A DNA stretch of 60,936 bases, counting the filler. It is 5 parts of 5 records of this genome, joined end to end, with 100 filler letters (N's around TTAATTAATTAA, not from the genome) between each part and the next. Parts side by side here need not be neighbours in the genome. Positions count along the whole stretch, not along the records: positions 1 to 11,394 come from SRR31147125_8012; positions 11,495 to 24,207 come from SRR31147125_8034; 3 more parts are not named here. The stretch is one strand, 5' to 3'. Made by a program: the position numbers and the translations under genes. Below, piece after piece: positions 9,285 through 19,689 of this stretch (the first letter of the stretch is position 1; every line of letters begins with the position of its first letter). The notes under the pieces were generated by a model, which worked only from the letters and a program-made list of their open reading frames with translations, ran no database searches and had not been told where the DNA came from.

Positions 9285-9776
9285 ATGTCGTCACTCGAAA
9301 TTCTTCTGGATAAAGCAGATCGTCTCATGAAAGCGGTCGCATCGTTCTGCCTCATGGGCATGGCGGTAGTGACCTGTACCGACGTCATCCTGCGCTCGAC
9401 GATCAACAAACCGATTTTCGGATCGGAGGAAATCGTATCGATCTTCGCGATCATGGCAATCGGTTTCGCCCTGCCCTTCGCGCACCGGAAAAATGCCCAT
9501 GTCGGCGTCGAAGTCCTCTTCCGGCTGCTGTCCGCAAGGAACCAGCGACGGGTTAAGGCGGCCACGACGATCGCCTCCTTCCTCCTCTTTCTCGTCATTG
9601 CCTGGCAGATGTTCGTCTATGCGCAGGTGACCAGGCTGTCGGGCGCGCTCTCAATGAACCTCGAATTGCCGATGTATTATTTCGTTTACGCACTCTCATT
9701 CTGCATGCTCGTTGTCGCGCTGTTCATGCTGCGAGATATCTGCTCCCACTTCAGCCGGGACAGGAAAGACGCATGA
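9285..9776 (+). CDS. dctQ: TRAP transporter small permease
   Basis: Four TMs, GSEEIV and AHVGVE motifs; lies between dctP and dctM. Confidence 0.92.
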   Translation: MSSLEILLDKADRLMKAVASFCLMGMAVVTCTDVILRSTINKPIFGSEEIVSIFAIMAIGFALPFAHRKNAHVGVEVLFRLLSARNQRRVKAATTIASFLLFLVIAWQMFVYAQVTRLSGALSMNLELPMYYFVYALSFCMLVVALFMLRDICSHFSRDRKDA

Positions 9777-11086
9777 GCCCGTCACTTACCGGCATAGTCG
9801 GCATCGTGTTGATGCTTGTGATCTTCGCCACCCGGATGCCGGTGGCCTATGTGATGACGCTGGTAGGCCTCGGCGGGTTCAGCTACCTGATAAGCCTCGA
9901 CGCGGGGCTCAACCTGCTGCCCCGCGTGTTCTTCGATACCTTCTCGTCCTACGAGCTGACGACCATCCCTCTGTTCGTACTGATGGGCCAGCTGGCCTTC
10001 AACAGCGGCATCAGCAAACGGCTGTACAACACCACCTACACGTTTCTCGGCAGCATCAGGGGTGGTCTGGCCATGGCAACCGTGTCCGCCTGCACTGCTT
10101 TCGGCGCGGTGTGCGGATCGAGCCCGGCAACGGCGGCGACGATGGCGACCGTCGGTCTACCGGAATTAAAACGGTTCAACTATTCTGACGAGCTCGCAGC
10201 CGGCTCCGTCGCATCGGGCGGCGGCCTCGGCATGATCATGCCCCCCAGCGTCGTGCTCATCATATACGGAATCCTCACCGAACAGTCCATCGGCGCGCTC
10301 TTCGTGGCGGGGATCATGCCGGCACTGCTGTTGACCGTCTATTTCATCATTTCTATCTACATCACCTGCCGGAGACATCCGGAGAAAGGACCGAAGGGTG
10401 AAAAATTCGGCTGGAAAGAAAAGGTGAGATCGCTGGCCGGGCTCGCCGATACGGTGTTCATTTTCGGGTTCGTCACCGCCGGACTGTTCGGGGGCTTTTT
10501 CACACCGACCGAATCCGCCGCCGTCGGTGTGCTCGCGATCCTGCTCGTATCGATCCTGCGCCGTCAGCTCAGCTGGAACGCGTTTGTCAAATCACTTAAC
10601 GAGACCCTGCAGACCTCGTGCATGATCCTGTTTTTGGTCGCAGGAGCGGTTGTGTTCGGCAAATTCCTCGCAGTGACGAGGATTCCGTTCGATCTCGCGG
10701 GCTGGGTAGGCGGCTTCGACCTGCCGTCGTTTTTAATCATCGCGATCATCATCGTTATCTACTTCGTCGGCGGCTGCCTGATGGACTCCCTCGGGCTCAT
10801 CATGCTGACGATTCCGATTTTCTTCCCGATCATCACCAATCTCGGCTACGACCCGATCTGGTTCGGCATCATCATCGTCCTCGTGACGCAGATGGGAGTC
10901 ATCACACCGCCGGTCGGCATCAACGTCTATGTCGTGTACGGCGTTGCCCAGTCGATGATGACTGGGATCTCACTCGGGGCGATATTCAAGGGGATCATGC
11001 CGTTTCTCGCCGCCATCGTCGCGGGCATCATCACGATGATCATCTTCCCGCAGATCGTCACCTTCCTGCCCAATCTCGTATATTGA
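9773..11086 (+). CDS. dctM: TRAP transporter large permease
   Basis: IPLFVLMG, IMPPS, FTPTE and ITPPVG motifs; ATGA overlap with dctQ. Confidence 0.95.
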   Translation: MSPSLTGIVGIVLMLVIFATRMPVAYVMTLVGLGGFSYLISLDAGLNLLPRVFFDTFSSYELTTIPLFVLMGQLAFNSGISKRLYNTTYTFLGSIRGGLAMATVSACTAFGAVCGSSPATAATMATVGLPELKRFNYSDELAAGSVASGGGLGMIMPPSVVLIIYGILTEQSIGALFVAGIMPALLLTVYFIISIYITCRRHPEKGPKGEKFGWKEKVRSLAGLADTVFIFGFVTAGLFGGFFTPTESAAVGVLAILLVSILRRQLSWNAFVKSLNETLQTSCMILFLVAGAVVFGKFLAVTRIPFDLAGWVGGFDLPSFLIIAIIIVIYFVGGCLMDSLGLIMLTIPIFFPIITNLGYDPIWFGIIIVLVTQMGVITPPVGINVYVVYGVAQSMMTGISLGAIFKGIMPFLAAIVAGIITMIIFPQIVTFLPNLVY

Positions 11087-11130
11087 GTCAATCGGGATAC
11101 CCGGTTCACAACAGGTTGGAAAGATTCGCG

Positions 11131-11394
11131 CTAAAACAGGATGACCTCTTTCAGATCACCGGACGCAAGCTCTTCCCCGGGCTGCAGTTCGATGTAGCCG
11201 TCCGCCCCGACGATCGAGCTCAGCATGTGGGAGCCCTGGGGGCTGACCTCTCTGATCACCGCTAATTCGTCCGGCAAATTCTCTATGTTGACCCGGTGAA
11301 ACAACGTGCGGTTCCCGCGGTTGGTCATCGGTTCGGAAACCTTCGTCGTCACCGTCCGATCGAGACCGGTCACCCCCTGAAGCTGCGCGAGCAC
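11131..11394 (-). CDS. moeA: molybdopterin molybdotransferase, C-terminal fragment (contig edge)
   Basis: QGSHMLSSIVGADGYIEL...GDLKEV matches the MoeA C-terminal domain. Confidence 0.7.
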   Translation of the reverse strand: MLAQLQGVTGLDRTVTTKVSEPMTNRGNRTLFHRVNIENLPDELAVIREVSPQGSHMLSSIVGADGYIELQPGEELASGDLKEVILF

Positions 11395-11494
11395 NNNNNN
11401 NNNNNNNNNNNNNNNNNNNNNNNNNNNNNNNNNNNNNNTTAATTAATTAANNNNNNNNNNNNNNNNNNNNNNNNNNNNNNNNNNNNNNNNNNNN
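11395..11494. other. artificial contig linker
   Basis: N44-TTAATTAATTAA-N44 (stops in all six frames); abrupt composition change across it. Confidence 0.98.
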
Positions 11495-11960
11495 GAAATA
11501 TCGTAGATACTTGCCCCTGCCACGAACCTACAGCACCATGGACAAATGGGATATTCAACCTGTTGCAAGCAGATTGGAGTACATATCTTGTTTTTAAATT
11601 GTCTACACAATCCAAAGCAATATCTGCGCCGCTCAAAATATCAATGGCATTTTCTTCATTCAGGTTTTCTTTAATGCCTTTGAAGCAAATTTTGGAATTG
11701 ATAGAAGAAACCCGCCTCTGTGCTTCATAAACCTTGCTGATACCTATGTTTTGCTCATTTGCAAATAGTTGTCTATTAAGATTAGATACATCAAATTCGT
11801 CACTGTCAACAACCGTCAAATTCCCTAAGCCTATGCGAGCCAGCATCTCTACAGCATATCCTCCAAGTCCACCTACACCGACTACACATACGGATTTTTC
11901 TTTTAATGTTTCCAGTTGTTCCGCTGATATCATATCTAGAGTTCGTTTATTTCTATCCAT
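11495..11960 (-). CDS. HesA/MoeB/ThiF-family adenylyltransferase, 3'-truncated
   Basis: GVGGLGG, DSDEFDVSNLNRQ and DCVDN motifs. Confidence 0.9.
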
Positions 11961-11995
11961 AATGCCTCCTTATATAACATGTCTTCAAATTGCAT

Positions 11996-12028
11996 ATAAA
12001 AAGATTCCACTTTTTGGCGGAATCCTTT
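11996..12028 (-). terminator. intrinsic terminator, riboswitch expression platform
   Basis: Minus strand AAAGGATTCCGCC-AAAAA-GTGGAATCTTTTT between the aptamer and the moeB RBS. Confidence 0.75.
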
Positions 12029-12055
12029 AGATAGGCATAAAAAATAATCCTATAT

Positions 12056-12147
12056 AATTCCTTTCCACCGGGAGGCCCAACCATTTCTAGTTGAACCCTG
12101 GTCTGATATTCATACAAAAAATGCTTAGATTATCAGACTCGGAATTC
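12056..12147 (-). ncRNA. Moco RNA motif riboswitch, P3-less (Tuco-type) variant
   Basis: Minus strand AATTCCGAG; P2 TCTGATA/TATCAGA containing CTAAG..TATG; CCAGGGT; CAACTA-GAAA-TGGTTG; GCCTCCCGGTGGAAAGGAATT; sits upstream of a moeB-like gene. Confidence 0.88.
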
Positions 12148-12393
12148 AAATATTTAGTTTTTTTAGCATCGACATAAGCGACGCTTGTAAATCATCTTTG
12201 TTTTTGCACATGCGTACTCATATTACTGACTTCGTCTATTGCCCATTTGCTGATCTTGAAAAAGTGTTGTTCCAAAATGAACAGCCCATGTATTTATTAT
12301 AAGAAAGCAACTATTTGTTTAATATGCCCAGTGTTATAACTCGAGTATGCACCGTGCTTTTTCATCCAAATAACGCCTACTTCTTTCTTCTAT

Positions 12394-12624
12394 TCATCCA
12401 CTCGATACCGTACCAAGTATGCTAACTGTATCGCCATCCTTTAATTTTGTACTCATCTTTACACGTTCATGATTCACAAATACTATAGGCATACGTCGTA
12501 GCAATATTGGCATCTCAATTAGTCTCAATAGCTGTATGAGTGTGGTGTCATTAGCAAGCTCCGCAAACCCCTTGTTTAATATATCAAGATTACAGTACGG
12601 AGGTGCATATACTCTCACTAGCAT
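12394..12624 (-). CDS. MoaD/ThiS-family ubiquitin-like protein ending in SSG
   Basis: IVFVNHE...LKDGDTVSILGTVSSG; ATG at 12624 overlaps the ferredoxin stop. Confidence 0.8.
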   Translation of the reverse strand: MLVRVYAPPYCNLDILNKGFAELANDTTLIQLLRLIEMPILLRRMPIVFVNHERVKMSTKLKDGDTVSILGTVSSG

Positions 12625-12830
12625 ACTTCTACTGCTCCAAACGGGCACGATTTCTCGCACATCTTGCAGCTTATACAACCATCTTTCAGCACCGGATACG
12701 CTTTTTTGTATCTGTCTACATCAGTTTTGCTCAGCTCCAATACACTTATCGGACATGCTGTAATGCATATGCCACAGGCCAAGCATTTTTTATAGTCGAA
12801 CTTTGGTAGCAATTTTTTCTTTTCTGTCAT
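12618..12830 (-). CDS. 2[4Fe-4S] ferredoxin
   Basis: CLACGICITACP and CISCKMCEKSCP. Confidence 0.92.
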   Translation of the reverse strand: MTEKKKLLPKFDYKKCLACGICITACPISVLELSKTDVDRYKKAYPVLKDGCISCKMCEKSCPFGAVEVC

Positions 12831-12840
12831 AATATGCCTC

Positions 12841-14802
12841 CTATATCCCCATATTCTTTAGGGTTTCGTTCTTTGGCGCTCCTGTCTCTTTATCCCACCC
12901 AAATGCATCCCAGTGCATGCTTACCATTTCATCTATTGGCACTTGCTTACCTTTTAAAGGACCGCTATCCAGCGCTGGCTTACCCGCCATCCTATCCTTC
13001 ATAAAGAAGTCCTTTGGATTGATGCCTTCTCGGATATTAAACTGCTGGCGCAACGTCTGTATGCGTTTACCGATTTCAAGATATTCATCAGGTGTTCTTT
13101 CCCATCCTGTTACTGCATTTAGGAAATCAAACATATTCCAGTTTGGCACACCAGTCATCATTGCATAATAGCATCCGCCCGACCCGTCCAGTAGCATCTT
13201 ATATGCTGCCATAGCGACTGACTTTTTGGCTTCATAGTCTGATGGAATATAGTCTTCATCTTTGTTGTGGTTCTTCATCTCTGGAGCCCATTTGCTATAT
13301 TGCCATAAAATCATAGTTTTGTAGTATAGGTTTGCACCCGTCGTGTGCTTACCAGGTGTAGGGTCAGCGCTGAAAAAAACACCAAGCATAGGATCAAGGC
13401 GAGCATCATGCATCCCTGGTTCTTGTCCGCCACAGTGAATAGCAAAGTCTTCAGTCTTTTTGTCCAGGCGTTCCACTGCCTTTTTAACACCATCTGCCAA
13501 TATATCACCAAATCCCTCACGAGCTATCATTTGTTCTACAAGTTGCACAATAGCATCTTTGTTGCCCCATGTTAGCTCTAAACCACCTGTATCTTCTTTG
13601 GTTATCAGTCCAGCTTCGTAGCATTCAATAGCATATGCCACTGCTCCACCTGCTGATATCGAGTCCATACCAGCTCTATTAAGCAACTCATTAATGTACA
13701 GTATACTGTTGTGATCTTTGTTTAGTAATAGTGCACCAAACGCATTCGCTGTCTCATACTCCGGTTTGTGAGTGTGACTAAATTTACCTTTTGACTGCTT
13801 TTTGATATCACACAATCCACCACATCCGATAACACATGAGTAGCAATGATACTTCTTGTATTCCGTTTGGTTTATGATATTTGGGTTCATGTTTTTATAG
13901 TCTCGAAATTTAAAATCTGAAGGCGTGCCCTTCCAGTTCTTTATTGGTGCATCGCCGTTTGACAGAGCCAATGTATTGTTCATAGCTGTACCAAACGTTT
14001 TTAGCAAACCAATAGTAAGAGCCCCATCCATTGGTGCCTCATTTTTCATTTTGCTCATAGCAGTACCCATGACAGGGAGCATACCACCCATCATCTTTGG
14101 CATATTTTGTTTCTTAACAATTTTGCCATATTCCCTTGATAGCTCCTTGATACGCTCTGGGTTGTCACCTTTTATAATCTTTGAGCCTGCACATACCAAA
14201 GCTTTTAGCTTTTTAGAGCCCATTACTGCTCCTAGACCAGAGCGAGCAGCTATTCTACCGAAATCATTGGTTATACCTGATATTAATGACATCTTTTCAC
14301 CAGCAGGACCAATCGTAGCTACTACTGGTTTCTTCTTTTTCCAGCAGTCATTAATCAATTTTTCCTCTGCCTCAATGGCATCCAGTCCCCAATAATCCTT
14401 CGCATCACGTATTTCTACATTTTTATTGTCCAGATAAACATATACCGGTTTTGTAGATATGCCCTTAAAGAATATAGCATCATAGCCACATTGCTTTATG
14501 CCCGGTGCTAAATTGCCTCCGCAGTTAGAGTCTCCCCATCCACCTGTCAACGGCGACTTACCAACTACCATCCATCTACCTGTCATCACAGCACCTGTGC
14601 CTGTCATTAGACCGCTTGTGAATCCTAAAATATTGTCTTCGCCCAACGGATCTGCACCTTTAGGAATGTTGTCGTATAGATACCTTACGCCTAAGCCTAA
14701 ACCTGACAGATATTCTTCATAAACTTTATCGTCTATTGCTTCCACTTGATGAGTGCCGTCAGTTAGGTTTACAACTAAAATTTTACCGGTATAGCCTTTC
14801 AT
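12841..14802 (-). CDS. aldehyde:ferredoxin oxidoreductase (AOR/WOR family)
   Basis: KSPLTGGWGDSNCGG, AARSGLGAVMGSKKLKA, CYSCVIGC, PEYET and GMDSIS motifs. Confidence 0.95.
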   Translation of the reverse strand: MKGYTGKILVVNLTDGTHQVEAIDDKVYEEYLSGLGLGVRYLYDNIPKGADPLGEDNILGFTSGLMTGTGAVMTGRWMVVGKSPLTGGWGDSNCGGNLAPGIKQCGYDAIFFKGISTKPVYVYLDNKNVEIRDAKDYWGLDAIEAEEKLINDCWKKKKPVVATIGPAGEKMSLISGITNDFGRIAARSGLGAVMGSKKLKALVCAGSKIIKGDNPERIKELSREYGKIVKKQNMPKMMGGMLPVMGTAMSKMKNEAPMDGALTIGLLKTFGTAMNNTLALSNGDAPIKNWKGTPSDFKFRDYKNMNPNIINQTEYKKYHCYSCVIGCGGLCDIKKQSKGKFSHTHKPEYETANAFGALLLNKDHNSILYINELLNRAGMDSISAGGAVAYAIECYEAGLITKEDTGGLELTWGNKDAIVQLVEQMIAREGFGDILADGVKKAVERLDKKTEDFAIHCGGQEPGMHDARLDPMLGVFFSADPTPGKHTTGANLYYKTMILWQYSKWAPEMKNHNKDEDYIPSDYEAKKSVAMAAYKMLLDGSGGCYYAMMTGVPNWNMFDFLNAVTGWERTPDEYLEIGKRIQTLRQQFNIREGINPKDFFMKDRMAGKPALDSGPLKGKQVPIDEMVSMHWDAFGWDKETGAPKNETLKNMGI

Positions 14803-15037
14803 AAAAAATCACTCCGTTTCGTTATAAAATATGTATTATTACTACTTTATTTTTAATTACTTATTATATTGCTCTTCTTTAATCCTCTATCGGAAACTAC
14901 ACATTAAGCAGCGGCAATATCCATATAAATCTGTTGCCAATTTAGCAGATAAATAGCTTCCATTCCATTATTTCCGCGTTACGGCATACTCTGCTTGACC
15001 TTATTGAAATAAATGTGCTACAATCACTGTACAAAAT

Positions 15038-15072
15038 ATATTACAAGTGTATTATATATAACAAATGTAACA
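15038..15072. promoter_or_regulatory. tandem ACA-N2-TGT palindromes, candidate TetR operators
   Basis: ATTACAAGTGTATT and TAACAAATGTAA between the divergent aor and tetR genes. Confidence 0.4.
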
Positions 15073-15171
15073 GTATTGAAATCAGTATACAACCATAATA
15101 AAAAACCGTCAATAGACTTAGGAAAAATGTTACATAAACATCAAAAATGTAAGAGAATATTGACGATAGAA

Positions 15172-15750
15172 ATGTCAGAGAATATGAATATGAAAGAGAA
15201 ATCACAAAGCAAATTAGCAACAAAAACGAGAGGCTGGATAACCGATGCCCTTATTTCGTTGATGCAGGAAAAGTCATTTAAAAGTATTACAATAACAGAA
15301 ATAGTGGAACGGGCAGATGTATCTAGACAAAGCTTTTACAGGCATTACGATACAAAAAGCGAGATTTTAGATGAATACATGTACGAAAGGTCTGTTGTTA
15401 AGTTTAAAGAGGAGTTTGATAAAGAAGACATCAACACAGTGTATGATGTTTTACTATTCTATTTCAAATATTGGCACAATCACAATGATGTTTTAAAGCT
15501 GATAATAGAAAGCGATTATATTTTGCAGATTTTCGAAGAATATGATGAGACAATGCGGACTCATTACAATGAAACTTTGAAAATTATCTTAGATAAATTA
15601 AACATTACTGATTCTGCTGAGTTAGAAATCATAAAGTCATTTATTATCGGAGGGCTATATAACGTGAAGATACATTGGACTCAAGCTGGATATGATCAGT
15701 CTCCTGAGTATATGGCAAAAGCTGTAGAAAAACTATTGATACAATCTTGA
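15172..15750 (+). CDS. TetR/AcrR-family regulator
   Basis: ITITEIVERADVSRQSFYRHY HTH; start uncertain (15172, 15184 or 15190). Confidence 0.9.
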   Translation: MSENMNMKEKSQSKLATKTRGWITDALISLMQEKSFKSITITEIVERADVSRQSFYRHYDTKSEILDEYMYERSVVKFKEEFDKEDINTVYDVLLFYFKYWHNHNDVLKLIIESDYILQIFEEYDETMRTHYNETLKIILDKLNITDSAELEIIKSFIIGGLYNVKIHWTQAGYDQSPEYMAKAVEKLLIQS

Positions 15751-15862
15751 ATAATGTAAAATGAGGAATTATATAAAAGGCATACTAATATAGCGAAGAG
15801 CAATTTCGTGTTTTTCTCAACATCCCCTAATATCTTACCATAATTCTGCTATTAAGTAGGCG

Positions 15863-16069
15863 CTATTTAACAACACTCCTAAATTCATAAGCAACTATTT
15901 CTTTTGTAAAAGCACAAGCATTAATTATTAAGACAACTCCATTATATGGGATAGCGTATACCTCTTTATTTATACTGATTCCTGCATCTTATAATATGCA
16001 TTCTGGGATTGTTAATCCTATTTTACAATCTTCACAGTTTGGATATGTGCATTCTTTTTTTCTAATCAT
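15863..16069 (-). pseudogene. small Cys-rich AbrB/SymE-like ORF with an internal TAA
   Basis: GAGGAG RBS; MIRKKECTYPNCEDCKIGLTIPECIL*DAGISINKEVYAIPYNGVVLIINACAFTKEIVAYEFRSVVK; stop at 15989-15991. Confidence 0.45.
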
Positions 16070-16351
16070 TTTTCTCCTCTGTATATTTTTTAATAAACAA
16101 AAAACCGACTGATAATCGTCGGCTTCGAGTTAGTAATTATTTGTTTGTATAATCGTTTATTGAATTAATTTAGTGCTCATTACAAAGGGTTATTGCGTTT
16201 AATGACCACTTGAACGTTGAGTTCTTTATGGCATCAAACATTCCATCCATAGAATAGTCAACAAACTCAACATCGCTTGATATTCTATTATAAACAACAA
16301 TAAAGACATGGAAAAATCATTATATATAATAGATACAATATATTAAAATAA

Positions 16352-16831
16352 CTACTTCCCAGACTCATCCAAACATTTTATTTGTTTAGCAACTTCTCTA
16401 ATCATATCAATTTCAAATTCTAAAGCTAATATTTTTTTATATATCTTTTCCACTTTCTCATTTGGAATATTGTAATTTAAAAACGTATCTTCAAATGTTG
16501 AAAAAGTTTTACTTATTTGCTTTGCGATAGAGATAAAGGATTCAGAGTGATGCGATTTCAATGCATTTTTAAATTTATTTACATCCTCACTTATGAGTTG
16601 TACTATGCCTTTTTCATCATCAGTTTCACTCAAAGCTAATGGGTAAGGACTTATTCTTTCTAAAAAATAATTGCCTTTATGGTTGACATTATAAACATAT
16701 TGCAAATGTAGTCCATCCAAATCAAAATCGACATAACACAATGTGCTACTAATAACCTGAACTTTTGCTCCTAATTGCTGTAATTTTATTGTGTGTTTCG
16801 ATACTTCTGCTGAATTGTAAATATTTCTCAT
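16352..16831 (-). CDS. hypothetical protein, co-transcribed with the NhaD/ArsB permease
   Basis: GAGG RBS, 159 aa, 10 bp after the permease stop. Confidence 0.75.
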   Translation of the reverse strand: MRNIYNSAEVSKHTIKLQQLGAKVQVISSTLCYVDFDLDGLHLQYVYNVNHKGNYFLERISPYPLALSETDDEKGIVQLISEDVNKFKNALKSHHSESFISIAKQISKTFSTFEDTFLNYNIPNEKVEKIYKKILALEFEIDMIREVAKQIKCLDESGK

Positions 16832-16841
16832 AATAACCTCT

Positions 16842-18116
16842 TTATATATAGAATATGATTAAGTATGCTGTTGATAGCGCTATCGAAAGCAACATAATTG
16901 GAAATCCAACTTTCATGTACGAAACAAATCCCAATTTGTAACCGTGTTTTTCTAACATACCACTTGCAATTACATTAGCTGACGCACCAACCAAAGTACC
17001 ATTACCACCTAAACAAGCGCCGAGCGCCAAAGCCCACCATAGTGGCGTAATGTTCATCGAAGATACTTCAGACATATGCTGTATAAGTGGAATCATCGTT
17101 GCAACAAATGGAATATTATCTAAAAATGCAGAAGCGATTGCTGAGCCCCATAAAATTAATAAAACCATGAAGAATATATTGCCACCAGTAATATTTATAA
17201 GTCCATTAGCAAGAAATCCAATAACGCCGACTTCTTCAAGTCCTCCAACTAATATAAATAGCGCAGTAAAGAAGAATATTGTTGGCCATTCAACTTCAAG
17301 TAAAACTTCTTCAGCGTCAACTTTACTTATAAGCAATAATAAAGCAGCACCTATTAAAGCAACTGTTGCCGATTCAAAGCTTAAATATTGATGGAGTATA
17401 AATCCACCCATTGTTAGAGCTAAAACTATTACACTCTTTTTTAGCAAAACTTTATCTTTTATTGCTAGTGTTTCATCCAGTTCCATTATTTTTGCACGTT
17501 TCTCTTCATCTATGTGTAATTGTTTTTTGTACATTATTTTGAAAATAAATATGATTGCAATAAGAATTACAATTACAATTGGTGCTAAATTTATAATGAA
17601 GTCTACAAATCCCAAACCAGAAGCACTACCAATCATTATATTCGGCGGATCACCAATTAATGTAGCAGTTCCACCAATATTTGATGCAAGTATCAATGGT
17701 AATACAAATGGTATTGGACTTAATTCGAGAGTATCAGTAATTACTAATGTTATAGGAATGATTAATAGGATTGTTGTTACATTATCGAGTAGCGCAGAAG
17801 CTATAGCTGTGAAGATTGAAAAAACAATAATTATTTTCCACGGTTCTCCTTTTACTGCTTTTGCGGCCTTTATTGCAAGAAACTCAAATGCACCCGTACG
17901 TCTTATAATGCTGACCATTATCATCATACCTATTAGTAATCCGATTGTGTTAAAGTCGATTGTTTCAATTGCTTGATCCTGTGTTTCTATTTTAAATAGC
18001 AACAGCATTGTTGCACCAAACACAGCAATGGTGGTTCTGTTTATCTTCTCCGAGATAATAACTGCATAGATAATAACAAAAATAGCTATAGCAGTAATAA
18101 TGTGATATAGTTCCAT
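16842..18116 (-). CDS. ArsB/NhaD-family (SLC13-like) ion transporter
   Basis: LDNVTT, ASNIGGTATLIGDPPN, LDNIPFV and GGNGTLVGASAN motifs. Confidence 0.93.
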   Translation of the reverse strand: MELYHIITAIAIFVIIYAVIISEKINRTTIAVFGATMLLLFKIETQDQAIETIDFNTIGLLIGMMIMVSIIRRTGAFEFLAIKAAKAVKGEPWKIIIVFSIFTAIASALLDNVTTILLIIPITLVITDTLELSPIPFVLPLILASNIGGTATLIGDPPNIMIGSASGLGFVDFIINLAPIVIVILIAIIFIFKIMYKKQLHIDEEKRAKIMELDETLAIKDKVLLKKSVIVLALTMGGFILHQYLSFESATVALIGAALLLLISKVDAEEVLLEVEWPTIFFFTALFILVGGLEEVGVIGFLANGLINITGGNIFFMVLLILWGSAIASAFLDNIPFVATMIPLIQHMSEVSSMNITPLWWALALGACLGGNGTLVGASANVIASGMLEKHGYKLGFVSYMKVGFPIMLLSIALSTAYLIIFYI

Positions 18117-18544
18117 ACTTTCACCTGTATTCTATTAAACAGCAAAATTTTTAATATTATATTCACCTTGTTTTCATAACAATAAATGAATTAATACTGT
18201 TTTTCATAAGTAAGTGTCTTTACGGAATTAACATTGCAAATTTGGGTCAAGGGACAATTTGAAGCATATATTTATAGTGTAAAGTCTATAACTATTTTCG
18301 TAACCATTTCTCGCAACTAATTTCAAAAAAGTTTACTCCTTTAATTTATATATGTCAAGACAAATACAAATTATTTTGTTTATACTGTTATATAAACAAA
18401 TAATTATAAGTAGAATATTTTGGAAGAAACCCCTTAAACTTTGCAACTATACTATAACTTTTAGTCTCCAAAAAAGATATGCTAATAGACTTTCATATTG
18501 CTAATTTAAAGTATCTATGAAACGAAATTTGATATATCATGTAT

Positions 18545-18772
18545 TTAAGCTTCGAATGGTTTTATTTCAGCGATAAGATCGTCACAATCGTCAGAATGGA
18601 TTTCCATACATATTTCATTTTTTAAATCAAGACTGAATATTCCTAATATTGATTTAGCATCAATAAGATACCTTCCTGATTTTAAGTCGATATCATATGG
18701 ATATTTTGAAGTGATGCGAACAAAATCTTTAATATCCTCTGATAAAGATAGTTTAACATTGATTGATTTCAT
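18545..18772 (-). CDS. HPr-family protein lacking His15
   Basis: IDAKSILGIFSL (Ser46 motif) present; no GLHARP motif. Confidence 0.85.
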   Translation of the reverse strand: MKSINVKLSLSEDIKDFVRITSKYPYDIDLKSGRYLIDAKSILGIFSLDLKNEICMEIHSDDCDDLIAEIKPFEA

Positions 18773-18916
18773 AATAAAATCCTTTCAAATTATAGTAATA
18801 ATATATTTAATAACTCAGCGTTATCATTAGTCAAATATAACGGAATATACGCTACGAGTTTAGCATATAGATAAAAGTTTTACAATCACAATTGCATAAT
18901 TTACTTTTTCATAAAA

Positions 18917-19431
18917 CTAATATAGATTAATTAACCAATGACGAAGTAAATATTTTATTATCAGCAGAATTATTACGGACACAAATATTATGATTAAAGA
19001 AGTGGCATGATAGCCTTGAAGTACCAATCCTAAAGCTAGTCCAGCAGCAGGCGGATGTTCTGAATTTGTCATCGTCATTATAAGTAATGACAATCCAACG
19101 ACAATTGCGCCCATGACACTAAAAATCCAATTACATCCTATCAAACTGTATATATAGAGAGATAAAAGACGCGTCAAAACACCTAGTACTATTCCAACGG
19201 TATAACCACCCAGTACGCTGCGAAAACGACTTGTCCTTATTTGTGGCATAGCAAATACAAGAAACGCAGTAGCACCAAATGCAGCAATCATAACTTCTTT
19301 AAACATGCTATCAATTACAAATAATATCAACATAACTGCCGCTGTTGCCATTAAACATTGCAAGATATAATGTGATTTATTTTTTTGAATTTCTTGTCAA
19401 TTAAAACTATTTCTTTTTGAAATATCTTCAT
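18917..19431 (-). CDS. HPP-family membrane protein with a homopolymer frameshift near 19380-19386
   Basis: AFGATAFLVF and EHPPAAG motifs; upstream MKIFQKEIVLIDKKFKK joins NKSHYILQC if A7 is read as A8. Confidence 0.8.
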
Positions 19432-19689
19432 ATTTGACACTTCTTTTCGTTAATTTTTAAAATAAACAAACATATTATATAGTAAAATTTTTATGTTGTC
19501 ATTAAAAATTGTATATTTCATGATTATGTGGGCATTAAGGCTATCGGTTAATACTTTACATTCCAAATTTACTATGTTAACATGCTAACGTTCACTAGGA
19601 TTGTGCTCTATATAACACTTTTTTTAAAAGATAAAGCATACAAAATATTCATCTAAAAATAAGCGCGTAATAAACAAGGTAATATACAC

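Noticed and set aside
11439-11450. TTAATTAATTAA recurring four times as a biological repeat
   Set aside because: Always centred in a 100-nt N-spacer; it is a six-frame stop linker. Genes on either side of a linker (for example moeA and moeB) are not true neighbours.
16170-16290. Minus-strand fragment DVEFVDYSMDGMFDAIKN resembling amino-acid binding proteins
   Set aside because: Short, has no start, and the similarity is too weak.
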